Source of the DNA: an uncultured Solibacteraceae bacterium
Lineage (GTDB): Bacteria; Acidobacteriota; Terriglobia; Bryobacterales; Bryobacteraceae
Direction: 5' to 3'
Assembly (NCBI GenBank): GCA_964413655.1
Contig: CAYPUQ010000119.1
Location: 1 to 14,510 of the forward strand
DNA: 14,510 bases
In this document: piece after piece, positions 7,380 to 14,510 of the stretch
Position numbering within the stretch: position 1 is the stretch's first letter
Layout: the number at the start of each line of letters is the position of its first letter
Position numbers and translations under genes: made by a program
Notes under the pieces: generated by a model
What the model was told of the DNA's origin: nothing
The model's input: the letters and a program-made list of their open reading frames with translations, nothing else
The model's database searches: none

Positions 7380-8098
7380 AAGGAGACGGCGTGCTCGCAA
7401 CGGGCCCGGCGAAGAAAGTCACAATCTACGTCAACGAGGAGACGCGGTACGAGCACAGTCCGCTGTGGCTGGCGATCTTCGAGTATCTGCGCCACAAACA
7501 GGTAGCGGGAGTGACGGTAACGCAGTCCCGGCTCAGTTTGGGCGGGCAGGGAAAGGTCCACCACGGAGAAGCCGCCGAATCGGCCGAGTACTCCATGCGC
7601 GTGGAGTTCATCGAAACCGCAAGCAAGACCGAACAGTTGCTCCCGACGCTCTACGGAATGGTGGCGGACGGGTTGATCGAAGCTCAGGACACGACCATCG
7701 TCAAGGCGGCGCGTCCCGAGCGGGAGGGAAAGGAGGTCCGTTACGTGAAGGAAAGACGCGAAGGCCGCGGCAAAATGCTGCGCGTCTATCTCGGCGAGGA
7801 CGACCGGTGGGAGGGCGACCCGCTCCACGAAGCGATTGTCAACAAGCTGCGGATGATGGACATCGCCGGGGCGACCGTCTACCGCGGCATTCTTGGCTAC
7901 GGCGCAAAAGGCCAGACGCACAAGGAAGGGTTTTTTCACCTGTCGCGAGATCTGCCGCTGATGATTACGGTAGTGGACACGCCGGAAAAAGTAGAGACCG
8001 CGAAGGCGGCGGTGGAGGAGATGCTGGAGGACGGCCTGATCGTTGTATCGGACGTGGATCTAGTACGCGTGTACCGCCGGCCGGCGGCAACCGATTGA
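7376..8098 (+). CDS. Tandem-DUF190 protein (two PII-like DUF190 repeats), a CrcB-associated family.
   Basis: Internal ATG at 7376-7378 (M81 of track ORF 7136..8098) overlaps the crcB TGA as ATGA. Two homologous halves: KVTIYVNEETRYEHSPLWLAIFEYLRHKQVAGVTVTQSRLSLGGQGKVH and MLRVYLGEDDRWEGDPLHEAIVNKLRMMDIAGATVYRGILGYGAKGQTH. The upstream 80 codons of the track ORF are Arg/Pro-rich and overlap crcB. Confidence 0.8.
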   Translation: MKGDGVLATGPAKKVTIYVNEETRYEHSPLWLAIFEYLRHKQVAGVTVTQSRLSLGGQGKVHHGEAAESAEYSMRVEFIETASKTEQLLPTLYGMVADGLIEAQDTTIVKAARPEREGKEVRYVKERREGRGKMLRVYLGEDDRWEGDPLHEAIVNKLRMMDIAGATVYRGILGYGAKGQTHKEGFFHLSRDLPLMITVVDTPEKVETAKAAVEEMLEDGLIVVSDVDLVRVYRRPAATD

Positions 8099-8144
8099 CT
8101 TGCCGCCGGCGAAACCATTAGATTGAGGCGACGGAGGGCACACA

Positions 8145-8675
8145 GTGTCCGGTCTTTTTTCTCAAATATCGGCGTTCGGGGTCTTTCTGGCCATCGCGGG
8201 CGCCGGTTTTCTCTACTTGCTTTTCACCCTTATTTTCGGCGAGATCTTCGAGCACCTCGACCACGATTTCGACCACGGCGGACCGAGTTTCTTCAGCGGC
8301 AAGGTGCTGGGGGTATTCGTGACGGCGTTCGGCGCCACCGGCGCCGGCGCGACGCATTACGGGCTGTCCGTGCCGGCGGCCAGCGGCGCGGGACTGGCGA
8401 GCGGCATAGTCTTCGGCGGGGTCATCTTTTTCTTCGCGCGTTTCCTGTACAGCCAGCAGGCGACGACACAGGTCACCAGCGCGGACATGGTAGGGTGTTC
8501 GGCGCGCGTCGTGGTGGCGATTCCGTCGAGCGGCGTCGGCCAGGTGCGGTGCCAGGTGGGTGAGGAGATCGTGGACAAGGTTGCGCGATCGGAAGACGGC
8601 GAACCGATCGCGGCGAACAGCATTGTCCGGATCGAGCAGGTGTTGGGAGAGGTTGTCATCGTCAAACCGCGATAG
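8145..8675 (+). CDS. NfeD-like (YuaF-type) membrane protein with a C-terminal OB-fold domain, a flotillin partner.
   Basis: GTG at 8145, preceded by GGAGGG at 8133-8138. Hydrophobic N-terminal half (AFGVFLAIAGAGFLYLLFTLIFG...GVIFFFARFLY). Soluble C-terminal beta-rich domain (GCSARVVVAIPSSGVGQVRCQVGEEIVDKVARSEDGEPIAANSIVRIEQVLGEVVIVKP). It sits immediately upstream of flotillin, a 14-nt gap. Confidence 0.75.
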   Translation: MSGLFSQISAFGVFLAIAGAGFLYLLFTLIFGEIFEHLDHDFDHGGPSFFSGKVLGVFVTAFGATGAGATHYGLSVPAASGAGLASGIVFGGVIFFFARFLYSQQATTQVTSADMVGCSARVVVAIPSSGVGQVRCQVGEEIVDKVARSEDGEPIAANSIVRIEQVLGEVVIVKPR

Positions 8676-8689
8676 GGAGGAGGTCCCTC

Positions 8690-10258
8690 ATGTTCGACAC
8701 ATTTTCGGGCGCGTGGCTGCCCGTTCTGGCGCTGGTGATTCTGCTGTCGCTGTTCATTGTGACGGCACTATTCAGCCGCAATTACCTGAAAGTTTCGCCC
8801 AACGTCGTGGCGGTATTAAGCGGCCGCAAACGGAAACTGGCCGATGGCCGGGCGGTCGGGTACCGCATGGTCCGCGGCGGCGCGGCGCTGCGCATTCCGC
8901 TTTTGGAGAAGGTGGACTACCTGGCGTTGAACGTCTTCACCATCCCATTGGAGATTCGCCGCGCCTACACGCTGCAAGGCGTTCCGGTGTCGGTTAAGGC
9001 GGTGGCGAACGTCAAGATCCGCGGCGATGAAGCGTCGCTGCACGCCGCCGCGGAGCGGTTTCTCGGCATGAAACAGGATGAGATCCAGCGCGTGATCTTC
9101 CAGACGCTGGAAGGCCACCTGCGGTCGATCCTCGGCACGCTGACGGTGGAGGAGGTGAACAGCGACCGCCAGAGCTTCGCGCAGAAACTGACCAGTGAAG
9201 CGGCGGTGGATCTCGAGAAGATGGGCATCGGCGTGGACGTGCTGACGATCCAGGAGATCAGCGACGAGGAAGACTACCTGAACGCGCTGGGCCGCCGCCG
9301 GACGGCCGAGGTGAAGCGCGACGCCATTATCGGCGAGGCAGAGGCGCAGCGGGATTCGAAGGTAAAGTCGGCCAGCGCGATGCAGGAGGGCGAACGCGCG
9401 AAGTATTCGGCCGACATCTCCATCGCCGGCGCGCAGCGCGACTTCGCCATGCGGCAAGCGCAGTACCAAGCCGAAGTCGAGATCGAAAAAGCAAAGGCGG
9501 CGCAGGCCGGACCGCTGGCCGAAGCACAGGCCCGGCAGGCAGTGGTGGCCGAAGAAGTCAAGGTCGAGCGGGTGCGGACGCAGGAATTGATTTCGGTGCA
9601 GGAGCAGGAGGTGCAGCGGCGGCAGCGCGAGCTCGAGGCCACCGTCATCAAGCCGGCCGACGCCGAGCGGCAAGCCGCCGTCGTGCGGGCCGAGGCGCAG
9701 AAGACGGCGGCGATTCTGGAAGCCGAAGGCCGCCGGTCGGCGCTGATCGCAATGGCCGAAGCCGAACAGGAGAAACTGCGCAAGGAAGGTATGGGACGAG
9801 CGGCAGCCGTCGAGGCGGAAGGGCGCGCCGAAGCGGCGAAGATCGAGGCGATCGGTATGGCCGAGGCGAAGGCGATCGAAGCGAAGGGTGTCGCCGAAGC
9901 CGCCGCGATTCTGAAGAAGGCCGAGGCGTGGAAGGAATTCAACGAAGCGGCGCGGTTGCAGACGATTCTTGAACGGCTGCCGTCGATTATCGAAGCCTCC
10001 AGTGGTGTATTCGGCGCGGTGGCGGCGCCGCTCGGCAACATCGATAAGGTGGTTGTGATCGACCAGGGCGGTGGCGGCAACGGCCAGAGTGGCATCACCC
10101 GGCTCGCCAATACAGGACCGGCGGTGGCGTTCAACCTGCTTCAACAGTTGGAGGCGCTGGGTTTGAACGTACCAGCCGTCATGGAACAACTCGGTCTGAA
10201 GAGCGGAAACGGCGCCAAACCCGTGGAGACGGCCCCGGGAACCGGCGCGACCGTCTGA
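8690..10258 (+). CDS. Flotillin-like SPFH/band-7 protein, 522 aa.
   Basis: ATG at 8690 with RBS GGGAGGAGG at 8675-8683. N-terminal TM segment, then an SPFH domain (ALNVFTIPLEIRRAYTLQGVPVSVKAVANVKI...). Long Ala/Glu-rich coiled-coil 'flotillin' repeats follow (EAEGRAEAAKIEAIGMAEAKAIEAKGVAEAAAIL). TGA stop at 10256-10258. Confidence 0.9.
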   Translation: MFDTFSGAWLPVLALVILLSLFIVTALFSRNYLKVSPNVVAVLSGRKRKLADGRAVGYRMVRGGAALRIPLLEKVDYLALNVFTIPLEIRRAYTLQGVPVSVKAVANVKIRGDEASLHAAAERFLGMKQDEIQRVIFQTLEGHLRSILGTLTVEEVNSDRQSFAQKLTSEAAVDLEKMGIGVDVLTIQEISDEEDYLNALGRRRTAEVKRDAIIGEAEAQRDSKVKSASAMQEGERAKYSADISIAGAQRDFAMRQAQYQAEVEIEKAKAAQAGPLAEAQARQAVVAEEVKVERVRTQELISVQEQEVQRRQRELEATVIKPADAERQAAVVRAEAQKTAAILEAEGRRSALIAMAEAEQEKLRKEGMGRAAAVEAEGRAEAAKIEAIGMAEAKAIEAKGVAEAAAILKKAEAWKEFNEAARLQTILERLPSIIEASSGVFGAVAAPLGNIDKVVVIDQGGGGNGQSGITRLANTGPAVAFNLLQQLEALGLNVPAVMEQLGLKSGNGAKPVETAPGTGATV

Positions 10259-10303
10259 GGCCGCCCGCGCCACGCCGGAGAGTCGTAGTCTGAAGATGTA
10301 GGA

Positions 10304-11224
10304 ATGCGAAGGCGCGACTTTCTCACAATGGCTGCCGGCGCCGCGGCGATGCGCGCGGCGATACCGGAAGGGACCGTGCTCGTTCACGAGCACGTCATGG
10401 TCGACTTCGTGGGAGCCGCCGGGATTGGACCCGGCCGTTACGATCCCGAAGAGGTTTTCGCTACCGCCCTCCCGAAGTTGGAGGAAGTGAAGGCGCTGGG
10501 ATGCCGGCGCCTGCTGGAGTGTACGCCGAACTTCCTCGGCCGGGATGCGGCGTTAATGCAGCGGCTCGCCGAGGCGTCGGGCCTGGAAATTTGGATTAAT
10601 ACGGGATTATATGCGGCGGCCGAGCACAAGTTTCTCCCGGAATTCGCGAAGGAAGAATCGCCGCATCAACTGGCAGAGCGGTGGATCAAGGAAACGCGCG
10701 ACGGCATCGACGGCGTTACCCCGAAGTTCATCAAGATCGGCGTGAACAAGGGGCCGCTTCATCGGTGGGACCGGAATATCGTGACAGCCGCGGCGCTGGC
10801 CGTGCGCGAAACGGGATTGACAGTGGCTTCGCACACCGGCGATGGGCGCGCGGCGATCGAGCAGATTGAGATCTTCGAATCGCTGCGGGTGAGCCCGGCC
10901 AAGTTCGTCTGGGTCCATGCGCAGAGCGAGAAGAACCACGACTTTCACGAGCAGGCGGCGCGCTCCGGCGCTTGGGTGGAGTTCGATGGCGTCCGCGAGC
11001 GGTCGGCGGACTGGCACCTGGACTGCGTCCGCTTCATGGCGAGCCGCGGGCTGCTCGGACAGACACTGATCTCCCAGGATTCGGGCTGGTATCGCGTGGG
11101 CGAACCCGGCGGCGGCGAGTACAACAGCTACACGTATCTATATACGGATTTCCTGCCGAGGCTGGAAGAAGCGTGGGTGACGCGGCTGATGCTGGAGAAC
11201 CCGGTGGAGGCGTTCGGGGATTAG
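10304..11224 (+). CDS. Phosphotriesterase (PTE) family amidohydrolase with an N-terminal twin-arginine (Tat) signal.
   Basis: ATG at 10304. MRRRDFLTMAAGAAAMRAA is an RR-x-FL Tat motif followed by an Ala-rich h-region. VLVHEHV (H-x-H metal ligands), KFIKIGV (the carboxylated-Lys position), VASHTGDG, VWVHAQSE and ISQDSGW (catalytic Asp) match the PTE/PHP family. 306 aa. TAG stop at 11222-11224. Confidence 0.85.
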   Translation: MRRRDFLTMAAGAAAMRAAIPEGTVLVHEHVMVDFVGAAGIGPGRYDPEEVFATALPKLEEVKALGCRRLLECTPNFLGRDAALMQRLAEASGLEIWINTGLYAAAEHKFLPEFAKEESPHQLAERWIKETRDGIDGVTPKFIKIGVNKGPLHRWDRNIVTAAALAVRETGLTVASHTGDGRAAIEQIEIFESLRVSPAKFVWVHAQSEKNHDFHEQAARSGAWVEFDGVRERSADWHLDCVRFMASRGLLGQTLISQDSGWYRVGEPGGGEYNSYTYLYTDFLPRLEEAWVTRLMLENPVEAFGD

Positions 11225-11243
11225 CAAGCGGCGGAGCCGACGG

Positions 11244-11278
11244 CAAACAAAAAGGCCGGCCCCTTGCGGGACCGGCCT
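11244..11278. terminator. Convergent, probably bidirectional, rho-independent terminator between the PTE gene (+) and the small secreted protein gene (-).
   Basis: Stem AGGCCGGCCCC (11253-11263), loop UUGC, stem GGGACCGGCCU (11268-11278), with one mismatch. The minus-strand reading is followed by UUUUUGUUUG (plus 11244-11252 caaacaaaaa), which terminates the 11312..11728 gene. The plus-strand reading follows the PTE stop by about 30 nt but has a weaker U-tail. Confidence 0.6.
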
Positions 11279-11311
11279 CTTGCCCTCCTCCTCCTCCTCC
11301 TTCATCCTGGG

Positions 11312-11728
11312 TCAGCGTTGCGGCACGGACCGCGCGTAGAGGACGTGCTCGACGGGTCGGCCGATGGTCTGCGCGATTTCGCGCTCACGGCGGCTCTTGC
11401 GGATGGTCTTCACTTGGGCCGTGTAACCCGGCCAGACCTCCGCCAGGAAGTATTCGTTGCCGTAGCGGTGGAACACCAGCTTGCAGTCTGACGAATTGCC
11501 GGCCGATTTGGCGTTCGTGAGCAAGAAAACGGACGGCGAACCGCTCGGCTTGTGGATCCGGATCGCGCTCGCCACACCGGGCTGCGAGACCCGGTATTCT
11601 CCCGCTTTCATTTGGACGGCGCCCGCGTGAAAGTCGAACGGAACGTTCGCGACCAGCATGGCGCTCTGTGCGTGGGCCGTAACGGCGGCCATTACCACCA
11701 CCGCGACTGCCAAAAGTATACGTTTCAT
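11312..11728 (-). CDS. Small secreted hypothetical protein, 138 aa.
   Basis: ATG at 11726-11728, with GAGGAGG on the minus strand 6-12 nt upstream (plus 11733-11739 cctcctc). Signal peptide MKRILLAVAVVVMAAVTAHAQ. TGA stop at 11312-11314, followed by the terminator. Confidence 0.6.
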   Translation of the reverse strand: MKRILLAVAVVVMAAVTAHAQSAMLVANVPFDFHAGAVQMKAGEYRVSQPGVASAIRIHKPSGSPSVFLLTNAKSAGNSSDCKLVFHRYGNEYFLAEVWPGYTAQVKTIRKSRREREIAQTIGRPVEHVLYARSVPQR

Positions 11729-11800
11729 GGTCTCTTTTCCTCCTCAACAAGAGATCGAGGTTTGCTGTCTCTTCCGATCCAGGTCCTCGCCGTGGAATTG

Positions 11801-11816
11801 TGCACGCCGCACGCCA
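11801..11816 (-). promoter_or_regulatory. Candidate sigma-54 (-24/-12) promoter driving the small secreted protein gene.
   Basis: The minus strand reads TGGCGTGCGGCGTGCA against the consensus TGGCACG-N4-TTGCA. The GG-N10-GC invariants are present and 13 of 16 positions match. It points toward the ATG at 11728 with about 60 nt of 5'UTR. It is divergent from a sigma-54 activator gene. A chance GG-N10-GC match is plausible in GC-rich DNA. Confidence 0.25.
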
Positions 11817-11932
11817 CTTCGCAAGTCGTTTGTTTGCCTCAGCACGGCGGCCGGAGGCCGTTCCGTTCTTATCCGTTCCGGCAAACTGCCGCATCAATCG
11901 GATAAGCCGCCGCCGTATACTGCATAGAAAGC

Positions 11933-13747
11933 ATGTCGAGCGTGAGACTCCTCGCCGTCGCCGGCCCGGTGAAAGGCACTGTGATCCCCTTGGACGGTGA
12001 ACATCTCGTGATGGGCCGGAGCGCCGCCTGCGACTTCGTTCTCGACGACCCGGCCGTCTCGCGGCGCCACTGCGCCATTCGCAGCGAGAACGGCAAGTGG
12101 GCGGTCACCGATATCGAGACCCGCAACGGGACCTTCGTCAACGGCGCCAGGGTCCACGAGCAGGGACTGAAACACTGCGATCAGATTCGCGTGGGCGCGT
12201 CACTGTTCCTGTTTCTCACCGAACCCGAGGGGTACGGCTCTTTACTACCGGACCTGCCGCCGGAGCCCGCCGATATCACTCATACCGTGGTGATTCGCAC
12301 CGACGATTCGTTAGTCCTGCGCGGCGCCGTGGCCGCTCAAGAGTTACAGACGCTGCTCTCTCTCAGCGGCGAGATTCACGCGATCCGGAAGCTGGACGAC
12401 CTCCAGCGGCGGCTCCTGGAAGCCATCTTCGAAGTAACGCCCGCACGGCATGCCGGAATCCTCTGGTTCGACGCCGAATCCGCCGATCCCTACGAATCCT
12501 TCGGCTGGGAACGGGAGAAGGGACGCGCCCCCGCGCCGGAGGTCTCACGAGCCGACTTGGAGCGGGTTCAACGGGAACGAGTGGCCCTGGTCAGCGAGAG
12601 CCCGCGTCAGTCCGGCGCCACGGTCATCCTCCCGCTTCGCTCCGCCGAGGCGGTTTTTGGCGCGATCGCCGTGCAGTCCGGTGAGGCCTTCCGCGAACGT
12701 CACACGCAACTCCTGGTGGCGGTCGCGGCCATCTCGTCCACCGCGCTCGATACCGCACACCGTCTGCAATGGCTGGAGAGCGAAAACAGCCGCCTGCGCG
12801 CCGAGATCGGTTTGCAGCACAACATGGTCGGCGAAAGTCCGGCGATGCGGGCCATCTTCCGGCAGATCGACAAGATCGGCCCTTCGGAAGCCACCATCCT
12901 GATTCTGGGCGAAAGCGGCACCGGCAAGGAACTGGTGGCGCGGGCGATTCACGCATCGAGCCCCCGCGCGGCACGGCCGTTCGTCGCCATCAACTGCGCG
13001 ACGCTCTCGGAGACGCTGCTCGAAAGCGAACTGTTCGGCCACGAGAAGGGCGCCTTTACGGGCGCCGTCGCGCAGAAGCGTGGCAAACTGGAACTCGCCG
13101 AAGGCGGCACGCTCTTTCTCGACGAGATCGGTGAGGTGGCGCCGCTGCTGCAAGCGAAACTGTTGCGCGTCCTCCAGGAGCGCGAGTTCGAACGGGTCGG
13201 CGGCGTGAAAACGCTGCGCGCCAACATCCGGGTGATCGCGGCCACGAACCGCGATCTGGAGGAACAGGTGCGGACTCACCAGTTCCGGCAAGATCTCTAT
13301 TTCCGTCTCAACGTCATTGCGATTCGCATGCCCGCGCTGCGCGACCGCCGCGAAGATATCCCGCTGCTGGCCGACTACTTCCTCCAGCAGTTCGCCGCCA
13401 AATCGGGCCGCCCGATCAGCGGCTTTGCGCCTGCCGCGCGCGCCTGCATGGCTACCTACTACTGGCCCGGAAACGTTCGTGAGTTGGAAAACACGGTGGA
13501 GCGCGCGGTCGTTTTGGGATCGTCCGAGTTCGTTCTGCCCGAGGATCTGCCGGAGTCGCTGCTTGAAACCTGGCAGCCGCCCGATACCGAGGAAGGCGGG
13601 TACCACGAACAGGTGCGCCTCAGTAAACGCCAGATCATCATACGCGCGTTGGAGGAGTGCGGCGGCAACCAAGTGCAGGCAGCTCGTTCGCTTGGGCTCA
13701 ACCCCACTTATCTCTCGCGCCTGATCCGTAACCTCGACCTGCGATAG
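11933..13747 (+). CDS. Sigma-54-dependent transcriptional activator (bacterial enhancer-binding protein) with an FHA-GAF-AAA+(sigma54)-HTH(Fis) architecture.
   Basis: ATG at 11933. N-terminal FHA domain ([60 protein letters not shown]). A central GAF-like domain follows. Walker A GESGTGKE, the GAFTGA loop ([11 protein letters not shown]), Walker B LFLDEIGE, and the C-terminal [25 protein letters not shown] are all present. TAG stop at 13745-13747. Confidence 0.9.
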   Translation: MSSVRLLAVAGPVKGTVIPLDGEHLVMGRSAACDFVLDDPAVSRRHCAIRSENGKWAVTDIETRNGTFVNGARVHEQGLKHCDQIRVGASLFLFLTEPEGYGSLLPDLPPEPADITHTVVIRTDDSLVLRGAVAAQELQTLLSLSGEIHAIRKLDDLQRRLLEAIFEVTPARHAGILWFDAESADPYESFGWEREKGRAPAPEVSRADLERVQRERVALVSESPRQSGATVILPLRSAEAVFGAIAVQSGEAFRERHTQLLVAVAAISSTALDTAHRLQWLESENSRLRAEIGLQHNMVGESPAMRAIFRQIDKIGPSEATILILGESGTGKELVARAIHASSPRAARPFVAINCATLSETLLESELFGHEKGAFTGAVAQKRGKLELAEGGTLFLDEIGEVAPLLQAKLLRVLQEREFERVGGVKTLRANIRVIAATNRDLEEQVRTHQFRQDLYFRLNVIAIRMPALRDRREDIPLLADYFLQQFAAKSGRPISGFAPAARACMATYYWPGNVRELENTVERAVVLGSSEFVLPEDLPESLLETWQPPDTEEGGYHEQVRLSKRQIIIRALEECGGNQVQAARSLGLNPTYLSRLIRNLDLR

Positions 13748-13774
13748 AATCCGTGCTTTATAGGGAGAGCACTC

Positions 13775-14510
13775 ATGAGCAACGAAACCGGCCGCCGCGG
13801 CTTTCTCAAATCCACGGCCGCGGCGGCCCTAACCACGAACCTGTTCACCGGCCAGGTACGCGGCGCGAACGATCGCGTCCGTGTCGCCCACATCGGGATG
13901 GGCCGCATGGGCCGGTCGAATCTCAACTTCTCGATGAAGCAGGACAACGTCGAGATTGCCGCGGTCTGCGACGTGTACCAACCGCATCTCGACCAAGCGG
14001 TGGAACTGGCCGGCGGGCAGGCCAAGGGCGTGAAGGATTTCCGCGAGATCCTCGCCGATAAGTCGATCGACATTGTCTGCATCTCGACGCCCGATCACTG
14101 GCACGCCTACATGACCGTGGAAGCCTGTAAGGCCGGCAAGGATGTTTACGTCGAGAAGCCGATCTGCGTCACGGTCGAAGAAGGGGTGAAGATGGTGCAG
14201 GCCGCGCGGAAGTATAAGCGCGTCGTACAGGCCGGCACGATGCAGCGGTCGGGTGTCCATTTTCAGAAGGCGTGCGATATCGTCCGCTCCGGCGAACTCG
14301 GCCTGGTGACCTTCGTTCGCTGCTGGAACTACGGCAACGCGCAACGGGAGGGGATCGGCAATCCGCCGGACGGGCCGCCGCCGCCGGAACTCGATTGGGA
14401 TATGTGGCTGGGGCCCGCGCCAATGCGGCCGTTCAACCAGAACCGTTTTGGGGTGGATCCCAAGGCGTTCTCGCACTTCCGCTGGTTCTGGGATTACGCC
14501 GGCGGCATGA
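13775..14510 (+). CDS. Gfo/Idh/MocA-family NAD(P)-dependent oxidoreductase with a Tat signal. It is 3'-truncated by the window edge.
   Basis: ATG at 13775 with RBS AGGGAGAG at 13762-13769. MSNETGRRGFLKSTAAAALTT is a Tat motif. Rossmann start VRVAHIGMGRMGRSNL, then ..DIVCISTPDHWHAYMTVEACKAGKDVYVEKP (the E-K-P motif of Gfo/Idh/MocA). It is hand-translated and absent from the ORF track because no stop falls in the window. Confidence 0.85.
   Translation, partial: MSNETGRRGFLKSTAAAALTTNLFTGQVRGANDRVRVAHIGMGRMGRSNLNFSMKQDNVEIAAVCDVYQPHLDQAVELAGGQAKGVKDFREILADKSIDIVCISTPDHWHAYMTVEACKAGKDVYVEKPICVTVEEGVKMVQAARKYKRVVQAGTMQRSGVHFQKACDIVRSGELGLVTFVRCWNYGNAQREGIGNPPDGPPPPELDWDMWLGPAPMRPFNQNRFGVDPKAFSHFRWFWDYAGGM

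Noticed and set aside
7265-8121. Minus ORF 7265..7939 (224 aa) and plus ORF 7465..8121 (218 aa, Arg/Gly-rich).
   Set aside because: They are shadows and out-of-frame ORFs over the DUF190 gene.
8816-10393. 525-aa minus-strand ORF, and 9274..10134 (-, 286 aa, Ala/Ser/Cys-rich).
   Set aside because: These are antisense shadows of the flotillin gene. The GCN-rich Ala/Glu repeats of flotillin stay stop-free on the opposite strand.
11791-11806. Second GG-N10-GC match on the + strand (tGGaattgtgcacGCc) upstream of the activator gene.
   Set aside because: The -24 and -12 boxes fit the consensus poorly (TGGAAT / ACGCC). It is likely chance in GC-rich DNA.
12545-13672. 375-aa minus-strand ORF, and 12097..12684 (+, 195 aa) and 12450..12902 (+).
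   Set aside because: They lie antisense or out of frame inside the sigma-54 activator gene, whose own frame has unambiguous Walker A, GAFTGA and HTH motifs.
13829-14476. 215-aa minus ORF, and 13708..14082 (-).
   Set aside because: They lie antisense to the Tat-Gfo/Idh/MocA gene, which has an RBS, a Tat signal and a Rossmann motif in its own frame.
1-14510. tRNA (including tRNA-Sec), rRNA, CRISPR repeats, IS/transposase or integrase genes.
   Set aside because: I looked for T-loop-like GTTCGAATC/GGTTCRANYCC motifs. They occur only inside confident CDSs (for example in the PTE gene at about 10855 and at 13187), without acceptor-stem context. There are no repeat-spacer arrays and no transposase-like ORFs.

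Overview
This is a GC-rich bacterial chromosomal window of about 14.5 kb, tightly packed with genes. The gene content (a giant CarboxypepD_reg/TonB-dependent-receptor-like outer-membrane protein, an FHA-type sigma-54 activator, Tat-exported Gfo/Idh/MocA and PTE enzymes) suggests an Acidobacteria-like genome. That taxonomic call is inference from gene content only.

Minus strand, left half, running right to left: selD, pyrF, a secreted hypothetical protein, then the ~1228-aa TonB-dependent receptor-like gene, which ends at a clean rho-independent terminator. selD is a selenoprotein with an in-frame TGA and a candidate SECIS hairpin; the ORF track splits it into two ORFs.

Plus strand, diverging from selD: a run of tightly spaced genes with no internal terminators, possibly one operon. 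It comprises crcB (fluoride channel), a tandem DUF190 protein whose start overlaps crcB by 4 bp, an NfeD-like membrane protein, a flotillin/SPFH protein and a Tat-signal PTE-family hydrolase. The run ends at a bidirectional terminator.

Right end: a small secreted protein on the minus strand with a sigma-54-like -24/-12 promoter candidate, divergent from an FHA-GAF-sigma54-HTH activator. A 5'-partial Tat-signal Gfo/Idh/MocA oxidoreductase follows on the plus strand.

Many long ORFs in the track are antisense shadows of real genes in high-GC DNA, or N-terminal over-extensions. The track also uses TTG/GTG as starts. No tRNA, rRNA, CRISPR array or mobile element was recognised.
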